Virus record (IMG/VR): IMGVR_UViG_3300017650_000009
Reading direction: 5' to 3' (one strand)
From: a virus
Taxonomy: Duplodnaviria; Heunggongvirae; Uroviricota; Caudoviricetes
DNA length: 64,000 nucleotides
The position numbers were made by a program, and so were the translations under genes. The notes beneath the pieces are model-generated. The model was not told the DNA's origin. It ran no database searches and was given only the letters and a program-made list of their open reading frames with translations. Positions 1 through 9,995 of the stretch are shown here, piece by piece (within the stretch, counting starts at the first letter, position 1; each line of letters opens with the position of its first letter).

Positions 1-1
1 C

Positions 2-658
2 GTAATCGACAACACTGATCCAGTTGTTAGTGGTACTGCTGGTCGTATTGCTGTTACAGGCAATGCTGATCTCGGTTACACCATCAATATTGATCCAACA
101 TATGTTGGTCAGAACACAATCACCACACTCGGTACCATCACAACTGGTACTTGGGAAGGCACAACAATTGACATCGCTCATGGTGGTACTGGTCTTGCTA
201 CTGTTGGTGCTGCTGGTCAAGTTCTCACTGTTAACGCTGCTGGCGATGCTCTTGAGTACGCTTATGTTGGTGCACTTAAGGATTCTGCTGGTGCAAATGC
301 CGTAACTATTACTGGAACTGGTGCTACTGCTAAGGCTGTTGCTGCAAACGCGACTGTCGCTGGTGATGCTGCAAATACGCTTGCAACTAAGGGTTTCGTT
401 GAAGGTCTTATCGCTTCTGGCGGTACGGCAATGTTCGATGAAGATCATGAAGTTCCTGCTGATCCAGATGCAAACTTTGAGTTCACAATTGCGAAGGAAG
501 CAATTGGTACTGTTGCGGTTTACTTCAATGGTGTGAAGCTTAAGACAACAGGCTATACTGTAACTGGCACAACTGTTGCTTTGGTTGATTCCGTTAATGG
601 TTATGCAGCCGAAGAAGGCGATACACTAAGCGTAAGCTACATGGCTCTTTCTGCTTAA
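2..658 (+). CDS. Virion fibre/structural protein, 5'-truncated by window edge
   Basis: Frame 2 appears open from base 2 to TAA at 658. Gly/Thr-rich text TLGTITTGTWEGTTIDIAHGGTG and LATKGFV motif are typical of phage fibres. Confidence 0.75.
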   Translation, partial: VIDNTDPVVSGTAGRIAVTGNADLGYTINIDPTYVGQNTITTLGTITTGTWEGTTIDIAHGGTGLATVGAAGQVLTVNAAGDALEYAYVGALKDSAGANAVTITGTGATAKAVAANATVAGDAANTLATKGFVEGLIASGGTAMFDEDHEVPADPDANFEFTIAKEAIGTVAVYFNGVKLKTTGYTVTGTTVALVDSVNGYAAEEGDTLSVSYMALSA

Positions 659-665
659 TACTAAT

Positions 666-695
666 GGGGGATGGACTTGAATGCTCCATCCCTCA
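666..695 (+). terminator. Stem-loop after fibre gene
   Basis: GGGATGGA...TCCATCCC inverted repeat just after the stop; no U-tract. Confidence 0.45.
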
Positions 696-700
696 TCCAA

Positions 701-706
701 TAAATA
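701..706 (+). promoter_or_regulatory. Putative late promoter TAAATA
   Basis: TAAATA about 30 nt upstream of a structural gene; the motif recurs before other likely late genes and resembles T4 TATAAATA. Confidence 0.5.
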
Positions 707-736
707 CCGAAAATTTAACGTTTGAAGGGGTTTCAA

Positions 737-2737
737 ATGAGCTTGTTAAAAGTCAAACAAATTGCTGCACCAGCAAATTCTTCGGGTGCTACCATTATTG
801 TTGGTCCCGATGGGAAAGTAAGCTGGTCTTCTACGCTAACAAGCGCATTGGTTCTTCCTACTGGCTCTTCTGCAGAACGCCCAACTCAGTTGGTTCCTGG
901 ATCGATTCGTTTCAACTCTGAAACACAAAAGGCGGAAATCTACAACGGCACTGAATGGAAAGAAGTTGGTTCCGGTGCTGGTGGTGGATCAGGCGATCGC
1001 ATTAACAACGAAACCGATACTACTTTTGTTGATACAGTTCAGGTTGAAAATCATGTTATTGCTGGCGCTTTTGGTAAGACTGTTTTGGAAATCACAGCTA
1101 GTGAAACAGAAGCAACCGCCGGAGAAAAAGTAACCGTAACTAACATTGATAACGAAGTACAGATGCGCGTGTCTAATACCGCAGCAACTGGCGATGTTGA
1201 TTTACGTTTGATTCCACAAGGTTCTGGTCACGTTTATTTGGGCGTAACTGGCGATGGTATTGTTGAGGCCGAAGCTGAGTTCGATCTAGTTGTTCGTGGT
1301 GGTAAATCCACTGGACCAAATGGTGGTGATCTTATACTTACAGGTGGTGAAGGTTCTGGTGCTACCTCAAATGGTGGTAATGTTCTGATTGCACCGGGCA
1401 AGGCACTGGATACTGGCTCAGCTGGTATTGTTCGTGTGGATGACGCCAATGACAACCCAGTTTTGTCCTTTGCTAGTGCTGGTACAGGTAATGCCAACTA
1501 TTTGGAAATAGAAAACGGCGTTATGGATCTTGCTGATATAGTCAAGAACAGTGTCAAAATCCGTGCCAATGCGCTCAGTGCTTCGGGTAACGTAGATATG
1601 CACTTGGGTACTAAAGGCACTGGCCTGGTCCGTGTTGAAGGATATTCCGCCTATATGAATGCATTGGGTGCCACAGGTAACAACGATGCGCTTGTAACCA
1701 AGGGATATGTTGCCCAGCTTATGGGTGGCGAAACTGGTATTGTTACTGCGGGTGTTGGTCTCACCGACGACAACGGAACATTTAATGTAAACTTGGCCGC
1801 TGATACCGTTAAAGTAGATGCTACTGGTAACCTAATAGTTGCGAGTAATGCAACTGATGGGCATATTTTGACCAGCACTGGAACCACAGGACAACAGGCT
1901 GTTTGGGGACCATTGAATCTAGCCAATACAAATAGTTTTGCTGGTGCTTTGAGTCCAGCGCGTGGTGGTACAGGTCTCGCTGAATACAATGTAGGTGATC
2001 TCCTCGTTGGTGGCGAAACAAATAGTCTTTCCACACTCGCAGTTGGTACAAATGGTCAGATTCTAATCATCGACAATGGCATCCCAGCTTATGAATTTCC
2101 AACCAAGCTAACTGATGCCAATGGTGAACTAACACTTCAAATTGAAGATCATGTCATAAACGGGAATGCTTGGTTCACAATGACCGCAGCTATGGATGAT
2201 GACAACGTTGTCTTAGGCGTAGCGGGTAATCGTCCAGATATTGGTATGACGATTGCAACTGTTGGTACGGGTTTGATTCATGCAGTTTCCGGTTATACTG
2301 ATAATATTATTCCAGCAAGTTCCAAAGAAACAATCATTACTAAGGGTTATCTAGAGGCTGCGTTGTCTGGTAGTTCTGAAACTCTTACTCGTCGTGCAAC
2401 ACTGAATGCAGACTGGTCCAGTACAATGAATATTGGTGAACCTACTCCAGTTACGAGTGGTGGATTCAATCTTTATGTAACACGCGTCATGCTACAAGTT
2501 GTAAGTCCAATCACCGGTGGTGGCGTAGCAAGTGCAAATATTCAGGCAAACGGTATAGCGATGGATATTTCCGAAAACGACATTACCGAAGCTGGTATAT
2601 ATTTGGTGGATCTTCCACAAAGTTTTGTTTCTCAGGAAACTCAGATTACAATCAATTTCTTCCAGGCCAACGGTACTACACCGGCAACCCCAACAGGTGG
2701 CGAAGTGGTTGTAACTGCAAATTACGTTATTCGATAA
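737..2737 (+). CDS. Virion fibre/structural protein
   Basis: GAAGGGG RBS before ATG 737. Gly/Thr/Asn-rich; LVLPTGSSAERP..GSIRFNSE..EIYNG, ARGGTG and TKGY motifs seen in phage fibres. Confidence 0.7.
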   Translation: MSLLKVKQIAAPANSSGATIIVGPDGKVSWSSTLTSALVLPTGSSAERPTQLVPGSIRFNSETQKAEIYNGTEWKEVGSGAGGGSGDRINNETDTTFVDTVQVENHVIAGAFGKTVLEITASETEATAGEKVTVTNIDNEVQMRVSNTAATGDVDLRLIPQGSGHVYLGVTGDGIVEAEAEFDLVVRGGKSTGPNGGDLILTGGEGSGATSNGGNVLIAPGKALDTGSAGIVRVDDANDNPVLSFASAGTGNANYLEIENGVMDLADIVKNSVKIRANALSASGNVDMHLGTKGTGLVRVEGYSAYMNALGATGNNDALVTKGYVAQLMGGETGIVTAGVGLTDDNGTFNVNLAADTVKVDATGNLIVASNATDGHILTSTGTTGQQAVWGPLNLANTNSFAGALSPARGGTGLAEYNVGDLLVGGETNSLSTLAVGTNGQILIIDNGIPAYEFPTKLTDANGELTLQIEDHVINGNAWFTMTAAMDDDNVVLGVAGNRPDIGMTIATVGTGLIHAVSGYTDNIIPASSKETIITKGYLEAALSGSSETLTRRATLNADWSSTMNIGEPTPVTSGGFNLYVTRVMLQVVSPITGGGVASANIQANGIAMDISENDITEAGIYLVDLPQSFVSQETQITINFFQANGTTPATPTGGEVVVTANYVIR

Positions 2738-2784
2738 CTAACTGACGATGATAATCGACGGACATAGATCCGACAGGAGTTAAA

Positions 2785-3489
2785 ATGGCTATTACATATT
2801 CAGCTAAGGGAACATCGTTCCCTAGCTTTACAATTGGTAAAAAGGGCGCAACTGTACTTCAGGGGATCGTTGCTCCACTTCAAACTGATGGAAAAGAAGG
2901 CGACATTTATATTCAGAATGGTGGTACCCCTGCTTTGTGGCAGAAAGTAGCTGGCGTATGGAATAAAATTGGCAACTTTGGTTCCAAGATTTTTACTGGT
3001 ACTACAAGTGTTGATACTGCGGAAGAAGCTAATCGCATTACAATCAATGCTGATGGCGCTCGCATTATGGAGATCCTAAACGGTGCGGCAGTAAACGGAG
3101 AGAAAGTAGAAATCTCTAATATTGCCGGTGGTATTAAGATTGAAACCAAAGATGCATCGAATCAGGATTCTGTCGATCTTCTCATCGATTTACAGGGCCA
3201 GGGTATTCTAAGAATTCAATCCGACGCAGACAGTGCAATTCGCACCGATGATGGTTCGCCGATTACGATCGAACCAGGCACCACAGCAAATGGTCCAGGC
3301 GCACTAACACTTAAGGGTGGATCCACAAGTAAAGCTGCAACTAAGGGTGCAAACGTCGAGCTTATTCCGGGAACTGGTCCTGCTGGTATGGGACAAATCG
3401 TAGCTCCGGTTGGTTATACCCCAACTGACCCATTATCCCTTATCACAAAGGAATATTTGGATGCCATTATCGCATCGTTGAATCCCTAA
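2785..3489 (+). CDS. Short virion fibre protein, paralogous in part to 737-2737
   Basis: AGGAG RBS; GKEGDIYI motif; shares a TTxVDT..GEKV..DL..QGxG module and LITKEYLD with the upstream gene. Confidence 0.65.
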   Translation: MAITYSAKGTSFPSFTIGKKGATVLQGIVAPLQTDGKEGDIYIQNGGTPALWQKVAGVWNKIGNFGSKIFTGTTSVDTAEEANRITINADGARIMEILNGAAVNGEKVEISNIAGGIKIETKDASNQDSVDLLIDLQGQGILRIQSDADSAIRTDDGSPITIEPGTTANGPGALTLKGGSTSKAATKGANVELIPGTGPAGMGQIVAPVGYTPTDPLSLITKEYLDAIIASLNP

Positions 3490-3569
3490 CTTATAAACCA
3501 TAAGTAGAAATAAGCCTAGAATTCACGTAAATATTACTGGATTCTAGGCTTATTCATAAGGGGCAAACT

Positions 3570-4070
3570 ATGGCCATTACAGATCGAAATCATGACCGCG
3601 GCAAATCAGAAGATTCATGGGTTGGCATTTATTGGCGTCCAGCTGCCGCTATTATATATTTGTTCATTTGTATGTTCGACTTTGTTGCGGTTCCAACATA
3701 TTTGGGTCTCGGCGGAGAACCACTCAAGGAAATTATTCTTGCAGTAAAAGACTTACCCGCTGATACACAGACTATTGTTTTGAATCACAAGCTATCAAGT
3801 TGGGAACCACTAACACTCAAGGGTGGTGGTTTGTTCCACGTTGCATTTGGTGCCATTTTGGGTGCGACGGTATGGTCTCGTGGTCAAGAACGAATCAACG
3901 AAATTCGTAGAGGTTGGCCACAGGAATCACAATATGAGGTTCCACCAAGCAATCAATACCAGTATAACCAACCACAGTATCCCGAGTATAATCAACAGAT
4001 AAATAACAACATACAAAACCCAAACATGCCTCGTGGAGGAGCAATTGACAACCCCGACGAAAACGGTTAA
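3570..4070 (+). CDS. Holin-like 3-TM membrane protein (GTA holin type)
   Basis: WRPAAAIIYLFICMFDFV and TLKGGGLFHVAFGAILG hydrophobic segments; Gln/Asn-rich tail. Confidence 0.6.
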   Translation: MAITDRNHDRGKSEDSWVGIYWRPAAAIIYLFICMFDFVAVPTYLGLGGEPLKEIILAVKDLPADTQTIVLNHKLSSWEPLTLKGGGLFHVAFGAILGATVWSRGQERINEIRRGWPQESQYEVPPSNQYQYNQPQYPEYNQQINNNIQNPNMPRGGAIDNPDENG

Positions 4071-4674
4071 TCAATTTTATGTTCGAGTTGACACAGATCG
4101 CGAGCTTTCTCGCGATCTGGTCAAGCAATTATACTCGGCCATCAAATCAATCCTTCCCACTGGCTTACCGTCAAGCGTTGCATTGGAAAGTCCATCCGAC
4201 GGAGTTATTCCAGTTCGCTTGATTCATACGGTTACAACTGCAGGCGCACACCAATATGAGATACCACTAACTAGGCACCTAACGGATAATGAATTTGAAT
4301 TTCTAGTTGATTCCCTTTTAGTTCCCGACGATTTTACCATAATTAAGAGTGCGGCACCTATACAAGACTGGCGTCAGAAGCCAACTGGCCCAACTCAATT
4401 AGCGCCTGATGAATATGAAGTTTTTTGCGACACATTGGCCAAACGCCAACATGCTCGTTGGTGTGAAGAACGTACCGCAAATGGTTGGAGATATGGACCC
4501 ACGCATAGTGCCGGTGACCGTGTATCTCCGCTATTGCGCCCATGGCACGATCTCCCAGAGCAATATAGGAAAGTCGATCGTGTATTCCCCGAAGAAATCA
4601 TTAACATTATAGAGGAAATGGGTTTCGTAATTGTACCCAAGACCGAATTAACAAAGTTGACGAAAAAGAAATGA
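4033..4674 (+). CDS. RyR-domain protein
   Basis: C-terminal LAKRQHARWCEERTANGWRYG..SPLLRPWHDLPEQYRKVD fits the RyR repeat consensus. Confidence 0.7.
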   Translation: MEEQLTTPTKTVNQFYVRVDTDRELSRDLVKQLYSAIKSILPTGLPSSVALESPSDGVIPVRLIHTVTTAGAHQYEIPLTRHLTDNEFEFLVDSLLVPDDFTIIKSAAPIQDWRQKPTGPTQLAPDEYEVFCDTLAKRQHARWCEERTANGWRYGPTHSAGDRVSPLLRPWHDLPEQYRKVDRVFPEEIINIIEEMGFVIVPKTELTKLTKKK

Positions 4675-5087
4675 ATGTAGCTCAAGTAATAAAAAGACTA
4701 AAAATGGCAAAGAAGCCCGACATACAGCGTGAGTTGATTCTGGATGCATGGGAGAACTGCGATACGTTTTTTGTTGGTCTTCAAATGTCTTGCGATAAGG
4801 ATACAGTTATTCCATTGGAGAAAGTTCCTGAAATTCCACAGGATGATGGTGCCGAATCTGATTTTACATTCAATGACTTCCTTCGCTTGTATGACGAGAT
4901 TACACAAGTCGGCATGGATCCTGCAAAGGCTCGTGAACTCGTCATCGATGCGGCTATGATTGCTGATGTTGCTGAATGGAACACTTTCTATCGTCGAATA
5001 TTACTTCGTAAGCTACAAGATGATGTTCCAATGGAACTCATCGTTGAGGTATTACAGGAGTTGACAGGGTTTGAATTCCAGCTATAA
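4671..5087 (+). CDS. Stand-alone helical domain resembling the N-terminal DNA-binding domain of phage ATP-dependent DNA ligases
   Basis: FFVGLQM, FTFNDFLRL and EWNTFYRRILLRKL recall the EWNxWYRRILxKDL segment of phage ligases; no KxDG. Confidence 0.5.
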   Translation: MNVAQVIKRLKMAKKPDIQRELILDAWENCDTFFVGLQMSCDKDTVIPLEKVPEIPQDDGAESDFTFNDFLRLYDEITQVGMDPAKARELVIDAAMIADVAEWNTFYRRILLRKLQDDVPMELIVEVLQELTGFEFQL

Positions 5088-5088
5088 T
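5061..5088 (+). promoter_or_regulatory. Sigma70-type promoter
   Basis: TTGACA-N16-TATAAT upstream of AAGGAG RBS. Confidence 0.7.
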
Positions 5089-5112
5089 GGTCTCTAGCAA
5101 AAGGAGATTCAT

Positions 5113-7128
5113 ATGGATAGCAAACATTATCAAGAAGTAGTAAGCGCGATTTTAACGGACGAACTGTCGGTTGATACGGACGTTCTCGTTACGCTGCTCG
5201 GCGTTGCAAGCGACGCCTACTACAATGCGGGCGAAGATGGCGCATTCGAATATCCATGCATCGATATGCAGACGGGCGAGCTGATCGAAATGGTTGCAGG
5301 TGCGACACCATTCGAAGAGTTGATCAGTGATGAAACATACGATGCGTTGGAACGCCAGCTTCGTGCGGTCGATCCAAAAAATGTTTTCCTTATGAAGATT
5401 GGTTCAGATGTGCGCGGCGGTAAAGTACCATTGCCGTTCAAGATGGGATCACTGGATCAAGTCTATGATGGTGATTCCGAAAAGTGGGTTTCCCAGTACA
5501 AACTTGCTGATGAAGATTTTGTTGTCAGCGATAAGCTCGACGGAACATCAGTTGCATTGATCTATGATCGCAAGGGAAACTTTCTCAGTGCATTCAGCCG
5601 TGGCAACGGCATTATGGGCGCAGACATTACGCGCCATGTTTCAAAAATGAAATGCGTTCCAAAGAAGATCAGCAAGGGCCCTCTCAAGCTTCGTGCTGAA
5701 GCAATCATCCCAATTTCCAAGTGGGAACAGGTGCGTGATGAAACAGCGAAGGCAACTGGTCGCACATATAAGAATGCGCGCAATTATGTTGCAGGTAAAA
5801 TGAATGCATCGGAATCCGATCCGATCTTCCTCGAACATATTCACATTGTCATCACAAGCGTTGAAGAACCCGAATTGGGTAAGATTGCTCAGCTGGAACT
5901 CTCACGCAAGGAAGGTTTCCTTACCAACTATTACGTCGGCATGAAGGGCGGCGATTTCACCGATCCGGTTCTTACCGACTATCTCAACGATCGTCGTGCA
6001 AAATCCGATTATGAACTTGATGGCATTGTATTGGATGTCAACGAGCATGATCTTCGCATAAAGCTTCCGAAAACCACGAGCAGCTTGAATCCAACATATG
6101 CTCGCAAGTTCAAGGTCGCAGCCGCTGCAAACTATGCTGAAACGCCAGTTACTGCGGTACTGTGGCGTCTAAGTAAGGCCGGGTACGCAAAGCCACGTAT
6201 TGAGATTGTTCCGGTTGAACTCTCTGGCGTGACAATCACATACGCAACGGGCTTCAATGCTGCATTCATTCGCGATAACAATATCGGACCAGGTGCGGTT
6301 GTTAAGATCACTCGGTCGGGTGATGTTATCCCATATATCACGGGTGTGGTCAAGGGTGCAACGGCACAGATGCCGGATGAAACCGTATTGGGCAAAATGT
6401 CCTATACAAAGGGAAATGTCGATCTAGTGCTTGATGATTTGGATTCACATCCAGATGTTCGGTATTATCGTATTCTCGATACTTTCAAAACGCTCGATGT
6501 TCCACATTTGCGTCAGGGCGCAGTCGAAAAGCTTATTGAGGCTGGATTCGATTCCGAAGCAAAAATCATCAAAGCAACTGAAGCAGAAATCAAGTCTGTG
6601 GTCGGTGACAGCGCAGGTAAAAAGATCTTTGATGGTCTACGTGCAAAGCTCAATCCGGTTGATCTTGCATTGCTTGCTGGTGCGTCTCAGACATTGGGAC
6701 GTGGTATCGGCGTCCGCAAGGTAACAAAGATTATCAACGCACATGGTTCACTCAACATTACGTTACCCGAGCTATTGCAGGTTGAAGGGTTCAAGAAAAC
6801 TGCTGAACTGGTGATCAATAATCTACCGAAGCTAAATGCGTTCCTTGATGAAATCGACGGATATTACACGATTGCTGAAAAGGTTGCGGCACCAACCGAA
6901 GGTGCGCTAAAAGGAGTGGTTGTTGTTTTCACTGGTGTTCGTGACAAGGATCTCGAAGCGAAGATTCAAGCACAAGCCGGTATTGTTGGTTCAAGTGTAA
7001 ACAAGGAAACAACACATTTGGTTTGTAAGGATCCAAGTGCAAACTCCAGCAAGCTGGTAAAGGCACGACAGCTTCTTGCAGCAGAAAACATCATAGACCT
7101 CAACACGGCACAGGAGCTTTGGGGATAA
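5113..7128 (+). CDS. ligA: NAD-dependent DNA ligase
   Basis: ASDAYYN and DETYD (domain Ia), MGSLD, KLDG, SRGNG, DGIV, RSGDVIP, HhH region, C-terminal BRCT (VVFTG); no Cys4 zinc finger visible. Confidence 0.93.
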   Translation: MDSKHYQEVVSAILTDELSVDTDVLVTLLGVASDAYYNAGEDGAFEYPCIDMQTGELIEMVAGATPFEELISDETYDALERQLRAVDPKNVFLMKIGSDVRGGKVPLPFKMGSLDQVYDGDSEKWVSQYKLADEDFVVSDKLDGTSVALIYDRKGNFLSAFSRGNGIMGADITRHVSKMKCVPKKISKGPLKLRAEAIIPISKWEQVRDETAKATGRTYKNARNYVAGKMNASESDPIFLEHIHIVITSVEEPELGKIAQLELSRKEGFLTNYYVGMKGGDFTDPVLTDYLNDRRAKSDYELDGIVLDVNEHDLRIKLPKTTSSLNPTYARKFKVAAAANYAETPVTAVLWRLSKAGYAKPRIEIVPVELSGVTITYATGFNAAFIRDNNIGPGAVVKITRSGDVIPYITGVVKGATAQMPDETVLGKMSYTKGNVDLVLDDLDSHPDVRYYRILDTFKTLDVPHLRQGAVEKLIEAGFDSEAKIIKATEAEIKSVVGDSAGKKIFDGLRAKLNPVDLALLAGASQTLGRGIGVRKVTKIINAHGSLNITLPELLQVEGFKKTAELVINNLPKLNAFLDEIDGYYTIAEKVAAPTEGALKGVVVVFTGVRDKDLEAKIQAQAGIVGSSVNKETTHLVCKDPSANSSKLVKARQLLAAENIIDLNTAQELWG

Positions 7129-7517
7129 TGTTCGGACTTAATCCAGAACCTAACGCACAACACACGAGTGAGGATTGCTTGTCATTCCTCATTCAAGAAA
7201 TCGCCAATAATCCAATGGCGATTCGAGCACATGTCAGCACTATCACAGATGCTGAATCTGATCAACTGAATAAAATTCTCTGGCCCGCATTAAGCGTTCC
7301 GGATAATTGGTTTCGCGAACGTACTCATCGCCCAAGTGTAAAGGAACTCGAAGTATCGGAGGACGAGGATAATCCCAATCCACTGTCCAACCTGAGTAGG
7401 GATTCCGTCATTCGCACTTATGTCAATGATATATGGGATGAACATGGTCGTTATCTCGAAGCGCGTGTAATCAGTTCTTACGGTGATTTGTCTGTGGAAT
7501 TTGTCGTGAACTGGTAA
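7128..7517 (+). CDS. Hypothetical protein
   Basis: TAATG overlap with the ligase stop. Confidence 0.6.
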   Translation: MFGLNPEPNAQHTSEDCLSFLIQEIANNPMAIRAHVSTITDAESDQLNKILWPALSVPDNWFRERTHRPSVKELEVSEDEDNPNPLSNLSRDSVIRTYVNDIWDEHGRYLEARVISSYGDLSVEFVVNW

Positions 7518-7521
7518 TAGG

Positions 7522-7585
7522 TTGACATTAAATGGTTCCATGCTAATTTGGGAATACCTGAAACAGCAAAGGAACCATTTAATGT
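7522..7585 (+). promoter_or_regulatory. Sigma70-type promoter inside a 15-bp RBS/ATG-sequestering inverted repeat
   Basis: TTGACA at 7522; ACATTAAATGGTTCC (7525-7539) is the exact reverse complement of GGAACCATTTAATGT (7571-7585). Confidence 0.7.
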
Positions 7586-8037
7586 TTACGATCGAAAAGT
7601 TGCTTGATATTGCAATCAATTGTGAAGCAATCATCAAAAAGACCGACATTCATGGTTCGGCTGTACTTGATGTGGCAGCAGAACGTGAAGCACGCCGCAA
7701 GCTTAATAACGCACTAGTGGTTGCTGCTCACATGGAACGCAATGAAATGAAAGAGCCGGTTGAAAATATTGGGCCATTCGAATCATTCGTCCCTACTCGT
7801 GGTACACGAGTTCGACTCAAGCCCGGTGCAATATATCGTTCGATGCATCCGAGCAAGCGTGGTCAGCCACAAATCAACAAACGCGAACGTGAAATCGTTG
7901 TCCACACGTATTTCAAAGGCCGTATCGGTGATATGGATTCTCAAAACAATCCAATAATCATAAATGGCGAAGTGAGCTGGGCCGGCACAGGCGGCTATTG
8001 GTGTCACACCGACATCAACAATATCGAGAAAATTTAA
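7582..8037 (+). CDS. Hypothetical protein
   Basis: AAAGGA RBS, ATG 7582; C-terminal WAGTGGYW. Confidence 0.7.
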   Translation: MFTIEKLLDIAINCEAIIKKTDIHGSAVLDVAAEREARRKLNNALVVAAHMERNEMKEPVENIGPFESFVPTRGTRVRLKPGAIYRSMHPSKRGQPQINKREREIVVHTYFKGRIGDMDSQNNPIIINGEVSWAGTGGYWCHTDINNIEKI

Positions 8038-8080
8038 TTCCTATTTTGCAATACATGCTCCCACAAGCTATAATGGGAGC

Positions 8081-9172
8081 ATGTTTACGTCAAAGATAGG
8101 TTTCAGTGGTCAGTGGAAAGCTGACCCAACATTAGTACCCTCGCTGCAAAGACAACTTGCGGCACCATATCGGTTCCATAGTACGACCCCACAAGCATTC
8201 ATGCAACTCACGCCAGTTGCCCAGTACACGAATATGACTAATATGATCGTCAATAATACTCGTGCACTACGGGAGATTATTCGTCTTTTGGGGAAGCAAC
8301 CCGAAGCAACACGAATGTATCAGATACCCTCTGACATACTTCCGTTGAAGCAGTACAAATTCACAGAATGGATATATTCACATCATTCAATCAATGATAT
8401 GATCATTAATACTTTGATGGGTATCAGAACTCTTGCACGTCACAATGGTGTGCGATTGTTTATGCAAACTCGTCCATTTACAAATATCAGTTCAGAGGAC
8501 GAAAATATTGCTGCGGCAGCAATAGCTGATATTGAATCACATGCTCGACTAGCCCATCTAATGGGGTTCAGTGGTTCATGTATTCCTGAAGGTTTCTGTC
8601 TGATAACAAACGTAAATGCGCAACAGGACCCACAACTCAAACGTACCGCAAGACGCGCAAATAGTAAGCTGTCGGAACACGCAAGAAACATAATTGTCTT
8701 TAAAAACAATTGTATAACCACATCAATTGGTGATCTGTTATCAAAACAATTCACACCAACAATATCTGGCAAATCAGAATTGACTGACTTTCCCCTTGCA
8801 ATCGACTTACATGCGGTTTGGGTGAAAATGAATGCATTGCTGTATCCGTGGTCCGAAGTACACCAATACGTTTATTCAACTTGGCGCGGCCATAAACCAA
8901 TATCATTATATTCGCAACCCGATAATACCAACTGGCCCCCATATAGCCCACATACTGTTTTGAATCGTCATTCCATTTATGGCTCATCACAACCTTGCCC
9001 ATTTTCGGATAAGGATTTGTCCAAACGCTCAAAGTATTTGTGGAATTTAAGACAGAATAAGAGTGTTGCTTTGCATTTGGAATACTCAGATATTCTAGTA
9101 GAGGCCAAGGCAAACAACTTAGCTCAAATGCAGTTCTATGATTTTTTAGAGTATAATGGGTTTGTTACGTAA
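8081..9172 (+). CDS. UV-damage endonuclease (UvsE/UVDE)-like protein, catalytic residues apparently degenerate
   Basis: KIGF, MYQIPSDILP, GVRL, ESHARLAHLMG, TWRGHKP and VEAKANNLA follow UVDE motif order; TTGCAA-N17-TATAAT promoter at 8046-8074. Confidence 0.7.
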   Translation: MFTSKIGFSGQWKADPTLVPSLQRQLAAPYRFHSTTPQAFMQLTPVAQYTNMTNMIVNNTRALREIIRLLGKQPEATRMYQIPSDILPLKQYKFTEWIYSHHSINDMIINTLMGIRTLARHNGVRLFMQTRPFTNISSEDENIAAAAIADIESHARLAHLMGFSGSCIPEGFCLITNVNAQQDPQLKRTARRANSKLSEHARNIIVFKNNCITTSIGDLLSKQFTPTISGKSELTDFPLAIDLHAVWVKMNALLYPWSEVHQYVYSTWRGHKPISLYSQPDNTNWPPYSPHTVLNRHSIYGSSQPCPFSDKDLSKRSKYLWNLRQNKSVALHLEYSDILVEAKANNLAQMQFYDFLEYNGFVT

Positions 9173-9200
9173 ATACAGCATACCCATTTGGAGAACCAAA

Positions 9201-9920
9201 ATGAAAGATAACGATTTTATTATTGAGACAATTCTTGGCGTTGCCAAAGCTGAAATTGCAAAAGCTGTTAAGCGTGGCAAATTAGGTGAAGCCATCAATA
9301 AGGTTGATATTGCGCGTGATGTTGCTCGCGATATGGAACTAACCGAGGCCGAAACAAAGGAACTCATTCAGCGTGTTGTTGATACGCCTGCAGCGGAAAT
9401 GCCGACCCCTGAGGATTTGCAACCCAATGCAAACGTAATTAACTTCAAATCGCCATCCGACGTCGACCAGGCCGCTGGAATGCTCATGTATAAGAACATC
9501 CCATGGCGCATCAAGAGTGCCAATCCTGCGTTCATCAGTTTCGACGACCCAACTATACTAGCGGAAGCCCGCGAGGTCCTGAAGCGCCGTTGGGACTTCC
9601 TGGAGCATTCTAATCGTACTGTAGCTTGTATTGAGTTTGATAACCTAGATGAGTATAACAAGGTTCTAGAATTTATTCGTAAGTCCAAGTTTACTACGCT
9701 GGCCAATGCAACTTCCGATCTATCCGAGGATATCCTGGATGAGATTACAATTAAGGTTGCAAAGGCTGGAAAAGCACCAAAGATTAAAGAATCTGATATT
9801 GGTGCAAAGCATAATTCATATGATGCAATTGAGAAGAATTTCTCGCGCCTTGACGATAAAACATTCAATACGAAGATTCCAGCTGATCGTTCAATTAAAG
9901 TCCGAAAAAAGTGGAAATAA
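9201..9920 (+). CDS. Hypothetical protein (possibly late)
   Basis: GGAGA RBS before ATG 9201; TAAATA at 9170. Confidence 0.7.
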   Translation: MKDNDFIIETILGVAKAEIAKAVKRGKLGEAINKVDIARDVARDMELTEAETKELIQRVVDTPAAEMPTPEDLQPNANVINFKSPSDVDQAAGMLMYKNIPWRIKSANPAFISFDDPTILAEAREVLKRRWDFLEHSNRTVACIEFDNLDEYNKVLEFIRKSKFTTLANATSDLSEDILDEITIKVAKAGKAPKIKESDIGAKHNSYDAIEKNFSRLDDKTFNTKIPADRSIKVRKKWK

Positions 9921-9995
9921 ATTTTGACTATCCCGGTGCTATGATGTTAAGTTACGAACATAGTTACAAAACATTTAGCAAACAGGATATTTGAA

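Noticed and set aside
24-536. Leu/Val-rich ORFs 24-305 and 321-536 as membrane proteins
   Set aside because: Alternative-frame translation of the Gly/Thr/Ala-rich fibre gene in frame 2.
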